30,414 nt of DNA from a virus (IMGVR_UViG_3300012665_001404:1-30414); one strand, 5' to 3'. Positions 9,177 to 18,047 are shown, numbered from the stretch's first letter. The notes: generated by a model from the letters alone, not told the origin. Made by a program: numbers and translations.

Positions 9177-9488
9177 TTACAATATTATATTATCTTTTTC
9201 AAAATTCCAAGTTTTAATTGCAGCTTTCCAATTCTTCATCTTGTTCTTGCCAATCATCCAATTCTTGGATTCGTAGAAATTCCAAAACTTATCTGCTTGC
9301 ATAAAGGGATGGCGTACATTTTGTCTCTTGAGTTCCATCCCAACTTCCTGTAAGGATGGTGGCTCAAATCGTTTATTTTTTCCCTCTTTCAATCTATCCA
9401 AAGTTTCTACTACCGCCTCATTGGTTCTCCATCTTGGTTCTATCTGGTCGAGGATGTACTCGAAGAGATCAACTATTTCTTTGCTCAT
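9177..9488 (-). CDS. Stand-alone phage replication-protein C-terminal-like domain
   Basis: FEPPSLQEV...ADKFWNFYESKNWMIGKNKMKNWKAAIKTW, as seen at the C-termini of phage replisome-organiser proteins. Confidence 0.6.
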   Translation of the reverse strand: MSKEIVDLFEYILDQIEPRWRTNEAVVETLDRLKEGKNKRFEPPSLQEVGMELKRQNVRHPFMQADKFWNFYESKNWMIGKNKMKNWKAAIKTWNFEKDNIIL

Positions 9489-9804
9489 ATAATTTTATTG
9501 CTTGGTTTAGTATGTGTAATTGTAATTCATACTGATCAGGATTGTTCTTCCATTTCTCAATACGTTTGACTGACTGAAGAATTGTTGAATGCGTCTTGTA
9601 ATTCAACAAAATAAATACGGTCTTCAGGGGCATCTTGACAAGTTCCATCAGCATATAGGCATAGATTTGACGTAGCATTACTTCGTTTTCATCTAGTGTG
9701 CGAACGGTCTCCCATAGTTCACGAGGTACACCACTGGCTTCCTCGATACTCTCTAGCACATAATTCTTACGAGTGTTGTGCATTTTTAGTGTAATGGCAA
9801 TCAT
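9469..9804 (-). CDS. DnaA domain IV-like (Bac_DnaA_C-like) HTH protein
   Basis: LRQIYAYML...LKTV...THSTILQSVKRIE matches the DnaA C-terminal RQ...HxTV pattern. Confidence 0.55.
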   Translation of the reverse strand: MIAITLKMHNTRKNYVLESIEEASGVPRELWETVRTLDENEVMLRQIYAYMLMELVKMPLKTVFILLNYKTHSTILQSVKRIEKWKNNPDQYELQLHILNQAIKLYEQRNS

Positions 9805-9806
9805 AT

Positions 9807-10301
9807 TTATTTTAGGCTTTTTAGTTGACGAACATAATTTGGATCAGATGCATATACTCCATCGATTTGTTTCAAGTAATGGTCCTGTATGTGGATGTAG
9901 CATTTGATGTTATCTTCATAGGTTTTGTACTTGGCATAAACACCATACTTACCATCGACATACTTGCATTTGTGGTATGTAATACCAAACATATTTTTTG
10001 CATTTTTTCCTACATTGCTCTTCCCAACATTTGATTCTAATTTGGCTTGAGCCAATGCCACATTGGGCAGAACGCATCCGTTCTTGTGCAAACAATTAAC
10101 AATTGCCTCTTCAGACAATTCAATATCTTCAATTTTATCAGTAGTTGGATTAACTACTTTGTACACTATTTTGATTGATTCCTGGCGAAAGGTCAGCAGG
10201 ATAATACTAATTACGAGAAGGGCTATCAGACCTATGCTCAAAGGTTTGTACTTGTTCTTGAATGGAACAAGTTCAAGATTACTATTTAGTTTGTAGTTCA
10301 T
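9807..10301 (-). CDS. GH73/FlgJ-like glucosaminidase with N-terminal TM helix
   Basis: ALAQAKLES, NMFGI, YASDPNY motifs; hydrophobic residues ~21-38. Confidence 0.75.
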   Translation of the reverse strand: MNYKLNSNLELVPFKNKYKPLSIGLIALLVISIILLTFRQESIKIVYKVVNPTTDKIEDIELSEEAIVNCLHKNGCVLPNVALAQAKLESNVGKSNVGKNAKNMFGITYHKCKYVDGKYGVYAKYKTYEDNIKCYIHIQDHYLKQIDGVYASDPNYVRQLKSLK

Positions 10302-10968
10302 AAATATTATTATTTAGGATTTTTTGTATTGTACTTGCATGAAATTTTCCATTTTTAGCACCTGTAATTCCTTGAGAATTAAAGTGTTGGGCAATTTGAC
10401 GTAGTGAGTAACCTTCTGCCTTAAGTGTGGTAACGGTTTGGACCAACTCCAATTGCTTTGGGTCTTCGACTAGTATACCATTGTCATTCTTGTAGCCCAA
10501 TGGAGGATACGCACAATAGACTTTCTTATTCTTTTTCAGATTGTTCTTGACGGATCGTGTGTACTCACCGGTAACATCTGATTGGTATTCTGCAAAGACA
10601 GCCATAAGGTTACGCATTGCCTTACCTGATGAACCGCTCATCTCCGGTTCCTCAATGGAATAGAACTTAATCTTTTTCTTTTCCAATAGGTCCATATGGT
10701 TGATAAAGTCCCGAAGGTTACGAGCAAATCGTGTGCTGTGCCATACGATGAGAGACGAAACTCCACCTTTGTTGATGCGTTTCATCATATCTTGGAAGCC
10801 TGGCCGTTTGGTATTTTTTCCACTAAAGCCTGCATCTTCATAAATATTTTCCAAGAAGAGCCCCTTTTTCTGACAAAAGTCTATAATTTTTTCCACTTGG
10901 TTGTCAAGAGATGTACCCTTGTCAGCCTGCATATCGGTGGAAACTCGGATGTAACCAATCGCATTCAT
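10282..10968 (-). CDS. Serine recombinase (resolvase domain plus short recombinase domain)
   Basis: GYIRVSTDMQ (catalytic Ser), DAGFSG, RPGF, RFAR; C-terminal PPLGY...SLRQIA...STIQKIL. Confidence 0.9.
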   Translation of the reverse strand: MNAIGYIRVSTDMQADKGTSLDNQVEKIIDFCQKKGLFLENIYEDAGFSGKNTKRPGFQDMMKRINKGGVSSLIVWHSTRFARNLRDFINHMDLLEKKKIKFYSIEEPEMSGSSGKAMRNLMAVFAEYQSDVTGEYTRSVKNNLKKNKKVYCAYPPLGYKNDNGILVEDPKQLELVQTVTTLKAEGYSLRQIAQHFNSQGITGAKNGKFHASTIQKILNNNIYELQTK

Positions 10969-11249
10969 AATCTTGTTCCTTTCATAATTTTTACAATCAA
11001 TTCCTGTTTAGTGATTCCCTTCACAATACAATACTCATTGATGTAGGGAAGCATAAAATCTCTGATGGGTATGGAAACCATAACGTGTTGAGGATTATTC
11101 TCTAGATCACGGGCCAACACCTTTCTATTTGTTCTGATACGATTCTCAAGGGATACGGATAAATAGTTCATCGCTGTTTTCTGATCATCGTGTTTAGCAT
11201 AGAACTCTTCGAGTTCAGCCTTGGGTATGTAAATTTCAATCGTCCTCAT
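10965..11249 (-). CDS. Hypothetical protein, possible tandem ribbon-helix-helix DNA-binding protein
   Basis: Two strand-helix-helix-like units (RTIEIYIP..., VMVSIPI...KGITKQELI); ATGA-coupled to the recombinase. Confidence 0.45.
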   Translation of the reverse strand: MRTIEIYIPKAELEEFYAKHDDQKTAMNYLSVSLENRIRTNRKVLARDLENNPQHVMVSIPIRDFMLPYINEYCIVKGITKQELIVKIMKGTRL

Positions 11250-11640
11250 TGTCGTATATATAACATTCGTTTGCTATGTCGTAAATCTCTTCAGATGGGA
11301 TATCCAAAGCCTCGGCTACATCTAATGCTTCCGGGAATGATTCAAACCACAAATCCATTGTCACCTCATAGAAACTTTCGGTGGCGTTAACATCCAAGTA
11401 CAAGGCTTTCTCAAAGTCATAGTCCACCTCGTATGCCTTTTCGATGTCGGGTATATCAGAGTTAACCACCTCCAATATCTCCTCAAAGGAAACGATATCG
11501 ATGAGGTCTTCGTGGTAATACTCGATGGGTACAAGGTAACCGCTTTTTCTAATCGTACCATCAAAGGCGTTGAAACTTACATTGCCTTTGTTAATAAGTA
11601 GTTTGACTACTTCCCGGAATTCAATGCTATCTTTTTTCAT
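11236..11640 (-). CDS. Acidic hypothetical protein
   Basis: 134 aa, very D/E-rich, in operon. Confidence 0.65.
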   Translation of the reverse strand: MKKDSIEFREVVKLLINKGNVSFNAFDGTIRKSGYLVPIEYYHEDLIDIVSFEEILEVVNSDIPDIEKAYEVDYDFEKALYLDVNATESFYEVTMDLWFESFPEALDVAEALDIPSEEIYDIANECYIYDNEDD

Positions 11641-12290
11641 TATTCTTCAGTAACATATTCAATTTCTTTTTCAGCTGCTAATACTATCTCTTTGCATAGT
11701 GCATACGGGATTTGCGAGCGTAGATACGAACCCTTCAAACCTTGGGTACCAGTTCTGCTACCACGAGGGGCAGAGATATGACAAGTATCACCATTCTTGC
11801 AAGGTTCTTTTGGAAACCATCTAAAGTTGTTAGTCCAAACATCCGTAGGTTTCATACGAGTATCTCCGTATTGGCAGTAAGTAATGGTGTGGCGAATGAT
11901 TGGTAAGCCATCCCATACATCCATCTTACGCATCATACCACGAGGATTCTCGATGTACCAAACGAGGTGGGGATTTAAGCATTGGTAGTGTTTAATGATT
12001 GCAAGGGTTTTCTTGAGGATTTGCAAGCCCATTATAGCATCTTGTGTTTTGGGTCTCCGATCTAATGTCCAATGCTTTCCTATAGAGGCAACAGAGAATG
12101 TAGTACACGGAGGTGAGGCCCAAATCACATCAGGAATAAACGGTACCTTATCGGTATCAAATTGATTAATGTCAACAGCATAGTCAATGCCATCAAAGGG
12201 AGTCCAATCAGAGGAGAACACCTCGTGTCCTAACTCATCACATACTTTGCCGATCGATCGGCTACCTGCGAATAATTCTAAAACTTTCAT
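11640..12290 (-). CDS. DNA (cytosine-5) methyltransferase, compact type
   Basis: Motif I LELFAG, motif IV SPPC, motif VI ENP, YCQYG...KPT. Confidence 0.85.
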   Translation of the reverse strand: MKVLELFAGSRSIGKVCDELGHEVFSSDWTPFDGIDYAVDINQFDTDKVPFIPDVIWASPPCTTFSVASIGKHWTLDRRPKTQDAIMGLQILKKTLAIIKHYQCLNPHLVWYIENPRGMMRKMDVWDGLPIIRHTITYCQYGDTRMKPTDVWTNNFRWFPKEPCKNGDTCHISAPRGSRTGTQGLKGSYLRSQIPYALCKEIVLAAEKEIEYVTEE

Positions 12291-12298
12291 ATCTTTTT

Positions 12299-12580
12299 TT
12301 AGTCTTTATAGATTCCAATAACTCCGGGGTTAACCCATTGTGCAAAATAGCCATTCTTTTGAAGGAAAGCCGTTAGTTCTGTACTCACGCCCAAATCGTA
12401 GTAGGTGTGGTTCTCTGTCCAATAGTTGAACATATCGTATCCACGAGAATCCGTTACCGGTTCTTCTGCACTTACGGAGAAACAGTCGGGTGAGTTAGCA
12501 GTCCATCCATTGCCATCGGCAAAGATTAACATTTTGGGATATTTTTTGAGCAGTTGTTTGATGAGAGTTTGTTTGTTCAT
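12299..12580 (-). CDS. Hypothetical protein
   Basis: 93 aa, in early operon. Confidence 0.65.
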   Translation of the reverse strand: MNKQTLIKQLLKKYPKMLIFADGNGWTANSPDCFSVSAEEPVTDSRGYDMFNYWTENHTYYDLGVSTELTAFLQKNGYFAQWVNPGVIGIYKD

Positions 12581-12801
12581 AATATTATTCTTTGAGGTTC
12601 AAAAAAATGTAAAATTCTATATTGGGGTAGTGCTTTATTCAAGGCATTGAGATAATCGCTGTGATAATACCACACATCGTTTTCTCTTTCTTGCTTGACC
12701 ATAGGTTCTAACACCTTTTCGATTTCTTCGAAGGGTGCATCCGTAACAATGAGAAAGTCTTCCTCATCGTATGCCGTAGTGCTGATTTGATAGAGTTCCA
12801 T
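12577..12801 (-). CDS. Hypothetical protein
   Basis: 74 aa, ATGA-coupled. Confidence 0.65.
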   Translation of the reverse strand: MELYQISTTAYDEEDFLIVTDAPFEEIEKVLEPMVKQERENDVWYYHSDYLNALNKALPQYRILHFFEPQRIIL

Positions 12802-12802
12802 A

Positions 12803-12931
12803 TTAGTGAGCCCCCCTTTCCATATGATTTAAATACATCTCAGCAGCTGGATAATTCTTGGTGCTGTAAATTACTTTACCATCGAGCATAACATTGTACA
12901 CTCCGTTTGCGAATTCAATTGAGTAAACCAT
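12803..12931 (-). CDS. Small hypothetical protein (42 aa, not in the ORF track)
   Basis: MVYSIEFANGVYNVMLDGKVIYSTKNYPAAEMYLNHMERGAH; AAACT-ATG context; fills the gap exactly. Confidence 0.6.
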   Translation of the reverse strand: MVYSIEFANGVYNVMLDGKVIYSTKNYPAAEMYLNHMERGAH

Positions 12932-12936
12932 AGTTT

Positions 12937-13632
12937 CTATTTTAGTTTGTGTTCAGTTAAGGTTGATTGTGATACAGGAGAGTTAGTGTCGAAATCGTAG
13001 TAGTACCCTACCTCGGCAGGTGGATTCATATGACCATCGGAAATTTCAGTAAGCAATTTCGTAATCATACCATCGTTCGTGAGGATACCGGTCTCAGACC
13101 ATTCGGGTGCATCATACTCATAATGACTCACACATACGCCATCTACATACTCAATCTCTCCTCCCCAACCTTGCTCTTCTTCGTAGGTTAGAAAGAAATT
13201 GGGAAAATCAACAGCAATCAAATCAAGTATGGATAGGTCAAACAAACACCAAGCAGAAGCAAAATGCAATGTCTCGCCATCTATTTCTTGGTCATAGCAT
13301 CCCCACTTTGTACCCCAATTCTGAAAAGCCCAATCGTACCAATTGTCTACGCCATACTTATCAAATAATGCTTTCTGCATTTTCTTGGTGATGGGAAACG
13401 GTTCGTGAAACCATTCTTGAGTCCGATCGATCTTCTCATTCTCCTTCATCTGCTTGTCGTATTCCTTTTGAGTTACAACACGAGTAGGCGATGTAGTCTT
13501 GCGAATGTCATCGGGCATAGGGCGATAGTATCCGCAGATACCATTGTGTGTGTTGGCTATTTGATTTAGCTTTTCTTTCTGGTCTTCAGTCAAGTTACTG
13601 AATGCGATTTGTGAATAAACGTGATTTGGCAT
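12937..13632 (-). CDS. YubB/DUF1281-like ferredoxin-fold domain protein
   Basis: MPNH start, WYDW..QNWGTKW, F.SAW motifs. Confidence 0.7.
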   Translation of the reverse strand: MPNHVYSQIAFSNLTEDQKEKLNQIANTHNGICGYYRPMPDDIRKTTSPTRVVTQKEYDKQMKENEKIDRTQEWFHEPFPITKKMQKALFDKYGVDNWYDWAFQNWGTKWGCYDQEIDGETLHFASAWCLFDLSILDLIAVDFPNFFLTYEEEQGWGGEIEYVDGVCVSHYEYDAPEWSETGILTNDGMITKLLTEISDGHMNPPAEVGYYYDFDTNSPVSQSTLTEHKLK

Positions 13633-13640
13633 AGTCTTTT

Positions 13641-13964
13641 TTATTTGTTCAAGTAAATTGTTTGTACTTTGTTTCTAGATAATTGTCCCCACTTGTTGTG
13701 GTACTCATCGAGAACAATCTCAAAGATGTAGTCATCAATAGATTCTACATCGTATCTACCTGATGCCATCTTCTTCAGGGCATTGATAATCTTACGAGAA
13801 TTGTGATCGAGGTAATAATAATTACCACCACATCCACAACGACAACAGTTACCTCGACCTTCATACATCTGCTCAATTTGTCCTATGGAGATAGTAGTTT
13901 CTCTTGGCTTTTGTATACCCAATTCAGGAGACTGCATTGGTGTATGTGTTATCTTAAATTCCAT
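13641..13964 (-). CDS. Hypothetical protein with CCRCGCGG motif
   Basis: 107 aa, in operon. Confidence 0.65.
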   Translation of the reverse strand: MEFKITHTPMQSPELGIQKPRETTISIGQIEQMYEGRGNCCRCGCGGNYYYLDHNSRKIINALKKMASGRYDVESIDDYIFEIVLDEYHNKWGQLSRNKVQTIYLNK

Positions 13965-14337
13965 ATTCTCTTTTGATTATTTTAAGTTGACAATTGAAGT
14001 TATCTATTTCTTTTTCTAATTTTTCTATAGAATCGATTAGGTCGGCTTGTAAGTTTTCTAATCGTATCAAGTTCCAAATCGCATCATCAATAGCCTTGAC
14101 TTGCTGGTCCCAATATGGAGATGGGAAGAAGAATTCGTGTGAATACAATTCATCTCCTTGTTTTTCAAGTTCACGGAAAACGAACGATGTGATTCCTTCA
14201 TTGTGCGTAGTGAGAAAATGGAGATCAATGTCATTGAGTCCTTGTGAGTAGTTAACTGATACCAATGACCCATCCTCGATGGTAAGGTAAATGTTGCGGT
14301 CTGATTCTTGAACTTGAGCGATGATTTGGTTTTTCAT
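13954..14337 (-). CDS. Hypothetical protein
   Basis: 127 aa with C-terminal coiled coil. Confidence 0.65.
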   Translation of the reverse strand: MKNQIIAQVQESDRNIYLTIEDGSLVSVNYSQGLNDIDLHFLTTHNEGITSFVFRELEKQGDELYSHEFFFPSPYWDQQVKAIDDAIWNLIRLENLQADLIDSIEKLEKEIDNFNCQLKIIKREYGI

Positions 14338-14356
14338 ATACGATAGGTTTAGTGTA

Positions 14357-14364
14357 CAAATATA
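14357..14364 (-). promoter_or_regulatory. Bacteroidota-type -7 element (TATATTTG)
   Basis: TAnnTTTG match in the intergenic gap, 19 nt before the ATG at 14337. Confidence 0.55.
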
Positions 14365-14367
14365 GAA

Positions 14368-15054
14368 TTATTTTTTATAATTTATTACAAATTCAGAATA
14401 TTGCTCGGCAATGGCTTTTGCGATACCCGGAAAAGTAGTGTTACGAATCTTTTGTCTTTCGATTGGGTCTTTAGTTTTTTGGAATGCATCGGCATACCAT
14501 TTGGGTTGTCTTTTGGTTCTACCTGTTTTCTTGCAAGTCCATTCGATGAATTCACCTTTGGAAACGATATCCGTGGGGATGAGAGTTGGCAAATTCTTAA
14601 GCCATAGACAAGTAGATTTTTGGAATGGGTCTCCGAACTGCCACGGCTGAATGATTTGGTCAGCCTTACGGAATTGAGAGGACATAATACCTATAGGGTT
14701 CTCAACTGCGATGTGTGGGATGTCAGCATTGTATAACTCCATAAAGAAGTCAATTGCATCCTGGCGGTCTTGTTGTCTTGTGGGGTACTTGTCTGCATAT
14801 TCGGGCTTGAACCAACGATTACCTGCAAGGGTCAGGTAGGTACAAGGTGGATGGGCAATTAACAAATCCCATTCATATGCATTGATGACATTGCGAACAT
14901 CAGACTGATAATGATATGGTGAATTGTCAATACTTGGGACGATGTCACAAGAGAATGCATTGTGACCGAGCTTACGGAATTCATTACGGATCGCACCGCT
15001 GAATTCACAAGCGATGAGTACATTTAATCCTTTGTTTTTTCTTAAGTCTAACAT
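14368..15054 (-). CDS. DNA cytosine methyltransferase-like protein (second family)
   Basis: VLIACEFSG, AHPPCTYL, ENP, QPWQFG, KSTCLWLKNLP, TFPGIAKAIAEQ. Confidence 0.8.
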   Translation of the reverse strand: MLDLRKNKGLNVLIACEFSGAIRNEFRKLGHNAFSCDIVPSIDNSPYHYQSDVRNVINAYEWDLLIAHPPCTYLTLAGNRWFKPEYADKYPTRQQDRQDAIDFFMELYNADIPHIAVENPIGIMSSQFRKADQIIQPWQFGDPFQKSTCLWLKNLPTLIPTDIVSKGEFIEWTCKKTGRTKRQPKWYADAFQKTKDPIERQKIRNTTFPGIAKAIAEQYSEFVINYKK

Positions 15055-15269
15055 AGTTTTTCTATTAGTTTGTTTATTTGTTCAAGTGTTTCAATTACCT
15101 CAAAGCCACCATTGTTATGGGTAGTAACTCCTATTCTTGTATGCGTTCGTTTTATCATACTATGTTCTGTTTTTTCAGGTACAGGGTACATATGTCCGAT
15201 GTGCAAAGGATTTACATACAATGGTTCTTCTACATTACGATAGAATGTTGTGAGTTTAATGAGTTTCAT
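15048..15269 (-). CDS. FlbD-like small protein, paralog 2
   Basis: MKLIKLT...LYVNPLHI...VIETLEQI; TAATG overlap with paralog 1. Confidence 0.6.
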   Translation of the reverse strand: MKLIKLTTFYRNVEEPLYVNPLHIGHMYPVPEKTEHSMIKRTHTRIGVTTHNNGGFEVIETLEQINKLIEKLC

Positions 15270-15490
15270 TAGCAAGTGATTAATTGTTGAGTGATTTCTT
15301 CAGGTGTTTCTTTTACATAGGTCTCCATAAATGAGCTATTTGCCCAACTGATTGCAGTTACAAACATTTCAAAGTTATCTGCATACTGTTCGCTGAATAC
15401 TCTGATGTGATGAGGGTTGATATACAACATCGTTTCTTTTACCTCGCCTTGAAGAGTAAGGTGTAGTCTTGTTAATTTTAGGTAGTTCAT
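15269..15490 (-). CDS. FlbD-like small protein, paralog 1
   Basis: YLKLTRL...LYINPHHI...YVKETPEEI. Confidence 0.6.
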   Translation of the reverse strand: MNYLKLTRLHLTLQGEVKETMLYINPHHIRVFSEQYADNFEMFVTAISWANSSFMETYVKETPEEITQQLITC

Positions 15491-15687
15491 TTGTTGATTT
15501 GTCTTAAGATTAGTTCTCGTAAAAATTGTGGAAGTTCAGTACAAGGAATGGCGATTTCATCTTGAACGCAATCTGCTTGTGCTTCATCTTTGTTACCATA
15601 GAGAATGATGTCTGCATTGGAATCTTGTAGTGCATACTCGTGTGCTGGATGGTACACTACAAAGTCAGTTGGCATTAATTGTTTCAT
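15487..15687 (-). CDS. Hypothetical protein
   Basis: 66 aa, coupled. Confidence 0.6.
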   Translation of the reverse strand: MKQLMPTDFVVYHPAHEYALQDSNADIILYGNKDEAQADCVQDEIAIPCTELPQFLRELILRQINK

Positions 15688-15865
15688 TGGTTTCTTGGAT
15701 TAGTTGGTTGATACTATTGATGGCTAACTCTACCTCGTGATTTTCCGAACCGCCATCGTATATTTCATCCATAGCGAGAAAGTAGAAGTCTGTAATTTCT
15801 GATTTCAAGTTGGGATACTCTTCGATTTTTCCCAAGCAGAACTGTTTAAGATATTGCTTATTCAT
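15665..15865 (-). CDS. Hypothetical protein
   Basis: 66 aa, in operon. Confidence 0.6.
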   Translation of the reverse strand: MNKQYLKQFCLGKIEEYPNLKSEITDFYFLAMDEIYDGGSENHEVELAINSINQLIQETNETINAN

Positions 15866-16046
15866 AGTCTTTTCTTGTTTGTTCTCTGTCCCATTGTTCT
15901 GCTCTACCTTCGATTTCGTTTTCAGTAAGTTCTACTGATAATCCTTCCAATTCGAGAAGGACTATGCCAAAGCCTTGTTCAGCGTGATATCCCATAGACT
16001 CATACCATAGAATCGCTTTTTCGATTTGCTCTTGTGATATTTTCAT
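15858..16046 (-). CDS. Acidic hypothetical protein
   Basis: 62 aa, coupled. Confidence 0.6.
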   Translation of the reverse strand: MKISQEQIEKAILWYESMGYHAEQGFGIVLLELEGLSVELTENEIEGRAEQWDREQTRKDYE

Positions 16047-16276
16047 ATTGTTTGTAGTTTAGTTTTGAAGTAAGTGGTCATTTTATCTGCAAAGTAAGAA
16101 GTACTGATTTCTTCGAGATACGATTGCAGTTCATCATATCCGTGTACGAAACGCCACGCAACGGTGGACTTGTCATTGTAGTCAAGGCATTTAACCTCGA
16201 ATACACCACGGGGGCGTGTGCTGATTTGCACAATACCCCCGACAGCTGATTCGCCAATCTTCCAAGATTTAACCAC
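16043..16276 (-). CDS. Hypothetical protein
   Basis: 77 aa, GTG start, overlaps both neighbours. Confidence 0.6.
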   Translation of the reverse strand: MVKSWKIGESAVGGIVQISTRPRGVFEVKCLDYNDKSTVAWRFVHGYDELQSYLEEISTSYFADKMTTYFKTKLQTI

Positions 16277-16541
16277 GAGTTACCTCCATTCCATTGATTT
16301 TGATGAGAGTTTGACTATTGATTAGTCTATACTCTTTTTTGCCCATATCCCATATGGTGAGGTAGCCCATCTCCGCAGGCTTGTATGCTTGTGGCTTGGC
16401 GTTAGGCTTCAGATGTTTTTTCACGCCTGATCGTCCGTAAATGTAGCGTACTGACCCATCCTTCTTGATGAATTCAGCGGAGAAGAATTTTTTACTTTTG
16501 ATGATGGCGATTGCGTCTTTGGTTATCAATTTGTTTTTCAT
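16269..16541 (-). CDS. WYL_2/DUF2693-like SH3 beta-barrel protein
   Basis: FSAEFIKKDGSVR...WDMGKKEYRLIN pattern. Confidence 0.65.
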   Translation of the reverse strand: MKNKLITKDAIAIIKSKKFFSAEFIKKDGSVRYIYGRSGVKKHLKPNAKPQAYKPAEMGYLTIWDMGKKEYRLINSQTLIKINGMEVTRG

Positions 16542-16544
16542 ATC

Positions 16545-16778
16545 TTATTTAGTTAGTTCTTTAAGTTCTTTTTTGATTACACGGGCTACCGGTCCACGCC
16601 AAGTGCTGGCGTTGGCAAGGAAGTAGGTGATGATTTCTTTAGCGGAATCGTTACGATAGTAATCGTCTAAAGTTTTGAGTCTCGCCATAACTGATAGGTA
16701 TGGTACTGCACCATAGAAAGGATTTTTCCAATCAGCGTAGATGTCTTCGGCAATTTTGTAGATAGGTCTTGTTGTCAT
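16545..16778 (-). CDS. Phage hypothetical protein
   Basis: RPIYKIA...AVPYL...YFLANASTWRG. Confidence 0.7.
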   Translation of the reverse strand: MTTRPIYKIAEDIYADWKNPFYGAVPYLSVMARLKTLDDYYRNDSAKEIITYFLANASTWRGPVARVIKKELKELTK

Positions 16779-16790
16779 ATTGTTTATGTA

Positions 16791-17507
16791 TTAGTGTTCG
16801 AGAATGATTACTGATTTTGTGCCTTTGCCTTGCGTACCACTACACAAGCCACATTTTGAGCAGTTAGATTTGAAGCCCATTTCTTCGGACGCAGGGCAAG
16901 AGATGAATTGAGCAATTGGCGTGGGCGATGCTACGAATGACCGATACCCGATGAGAGAAGCAGTCGCTTCTTCTTCCGTGGTGTGAGTAGATGCCATAAA
17001 ATATCGGGCATAGTTGTGATCGATCTTACGCCATTGGTGTGTGTAACCTGTCCAAGACTTGGCAACTGATACCATTTGCTTGACTAAATCGATGGGCAAA
17101 AGGGATGGTTCGCCATAAGTACCGAAGCGGACATATCGTGAATCGCACATCTTGACGATGTCATAGCGATGGGTCTCAGACAATGTAGGGATATCATCAA
17201 AGGAGGTAAACTTACCTATAGAGCGTAGCATAGAGAGAAACCCACTATACTGCATCATCTTGTGAGTATAGCAAGCGGACAATTTAGCACCATTGGACAC
17301 GGCAAATGGGCAGTCCATACATACTGCACCATCGTGGGAAAAGAAATCACGCATAGATGTGAGACCTTGAGCTTCATCAAACTGTCCACGAGAAAAGTGG
17401 TAGGTCTGCACGATGGTCTCGGTAGATGTAGCGATTTTCTTATTGGATGTCTTGTTTGCGGATATGATATGAATCACATCATCTTGGCGAAATATTACTC
17501 TTTTCAT
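16791..17507 (-). CDS. Cys-rich gp88-like/radical-SAM-like protein
   Basis: CMDC...CY, VRFGTYGEP, TGYTHQW, FMAS, CP...CSKCGLC. Confidence 0.55.
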   Translation of the reverse strand: MKRVIFRQDDVIHIISANKTSNKKIATSTETIVQTYHFSRGQFDEAQGLTSMRDFFSHDGAVCMDCPFAVSNGAKLSACYTHKMMQYSGFLSMLRSIGKFTSFDDIPTLSETHRYDIVKMCDSRYVRFGTYGEPSLLPIDLVKQMVSVAKSWTGYTHQWRKIDHNYARYFMASTHTTEEEATASLIGYRSFVASPTPIAQFISCPASEEMGFKSNCSKCGLCSGTQGKGTKSVIILEH

Positions 17508-17764
17508 AGTGTGTAGATTATTGTTTCTTTAGCGTTTTCGGTATAGTCAGAAAGGTATAGCATAGCACCCCCATCATTGCCTTCGTCATCGGCTTGAGGG
17601 AACATAATAGAGCCATCAAAAAACTCAATTACTAAAGGTCGTGAATGCCACATAAAGTTCTTGGCTTCTTCATTGGTGAGAAAGCGTACTCGTTTGATAG
17701 TCTTACCTATCAAGAATTCAAATCGTTTATTGTGTTGAAAATCGGGATTTATTTTGGTATTCAT
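17504..17764 (-). CDS. Phage hypothetical protein
   Basis: LIGKTIKRVR...ADDEGNDGGA; coupled. Confidence 0.7.
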   Translation of the reverse strand: MNTKINPDFQHNKRFEFLIGKTIKRVRFLTNEEAKNFMWHSRPLVIEFFDGSIMFPQADDEGNDGGAMLYLSDYTENAKETIIYTL

Positions 17765-18042
17765 ATATGCTCGTTTATATAGTTTTGAGAAAGGCCGATG
17801 ATAGCAAACAGGTCTCGACTTGAGTAATAAGTATCGTGGAGCAACACCTCGTAAAGACCATTTTGCTCACGTAGGGCATAGATAATTAAGCCGTCAAAAT
17901 CCAAGATAATGACTGCATCATATAGGTGAATGTGGTCTGAATGCTCAAGGTAGTATGTCTCCAAGGCTTGGTAGTGTACTGACAATGGATCTTCTAACAA
18001 ATCCAATGGGCGAACGGTCGTAATCTCTAATTTGTAGTTCAT
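17761..18042 (-). CDS. Hypothetical protein
   Basis: 93 aa, coupled. Confidence 0.6.
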   Translation of the reverse strand: MNYKLEITTVRPLDLLEDPLSVHYQALETYYLEHSDHIHLYDAVIILDFDGLIIYALREQNGLYEVLLHDTYYSSRDLFAIIGLSQNYINEHI

Positions 18043-18047
18043 AGGGT

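Noticed and set aside
10282-10968. IS607 or Tn3-type mobile element
   Set aside because: No N-terminal MerR-like HTH, TnpB, transposase or terminal repeats; the gene is translationally embedded in the operon
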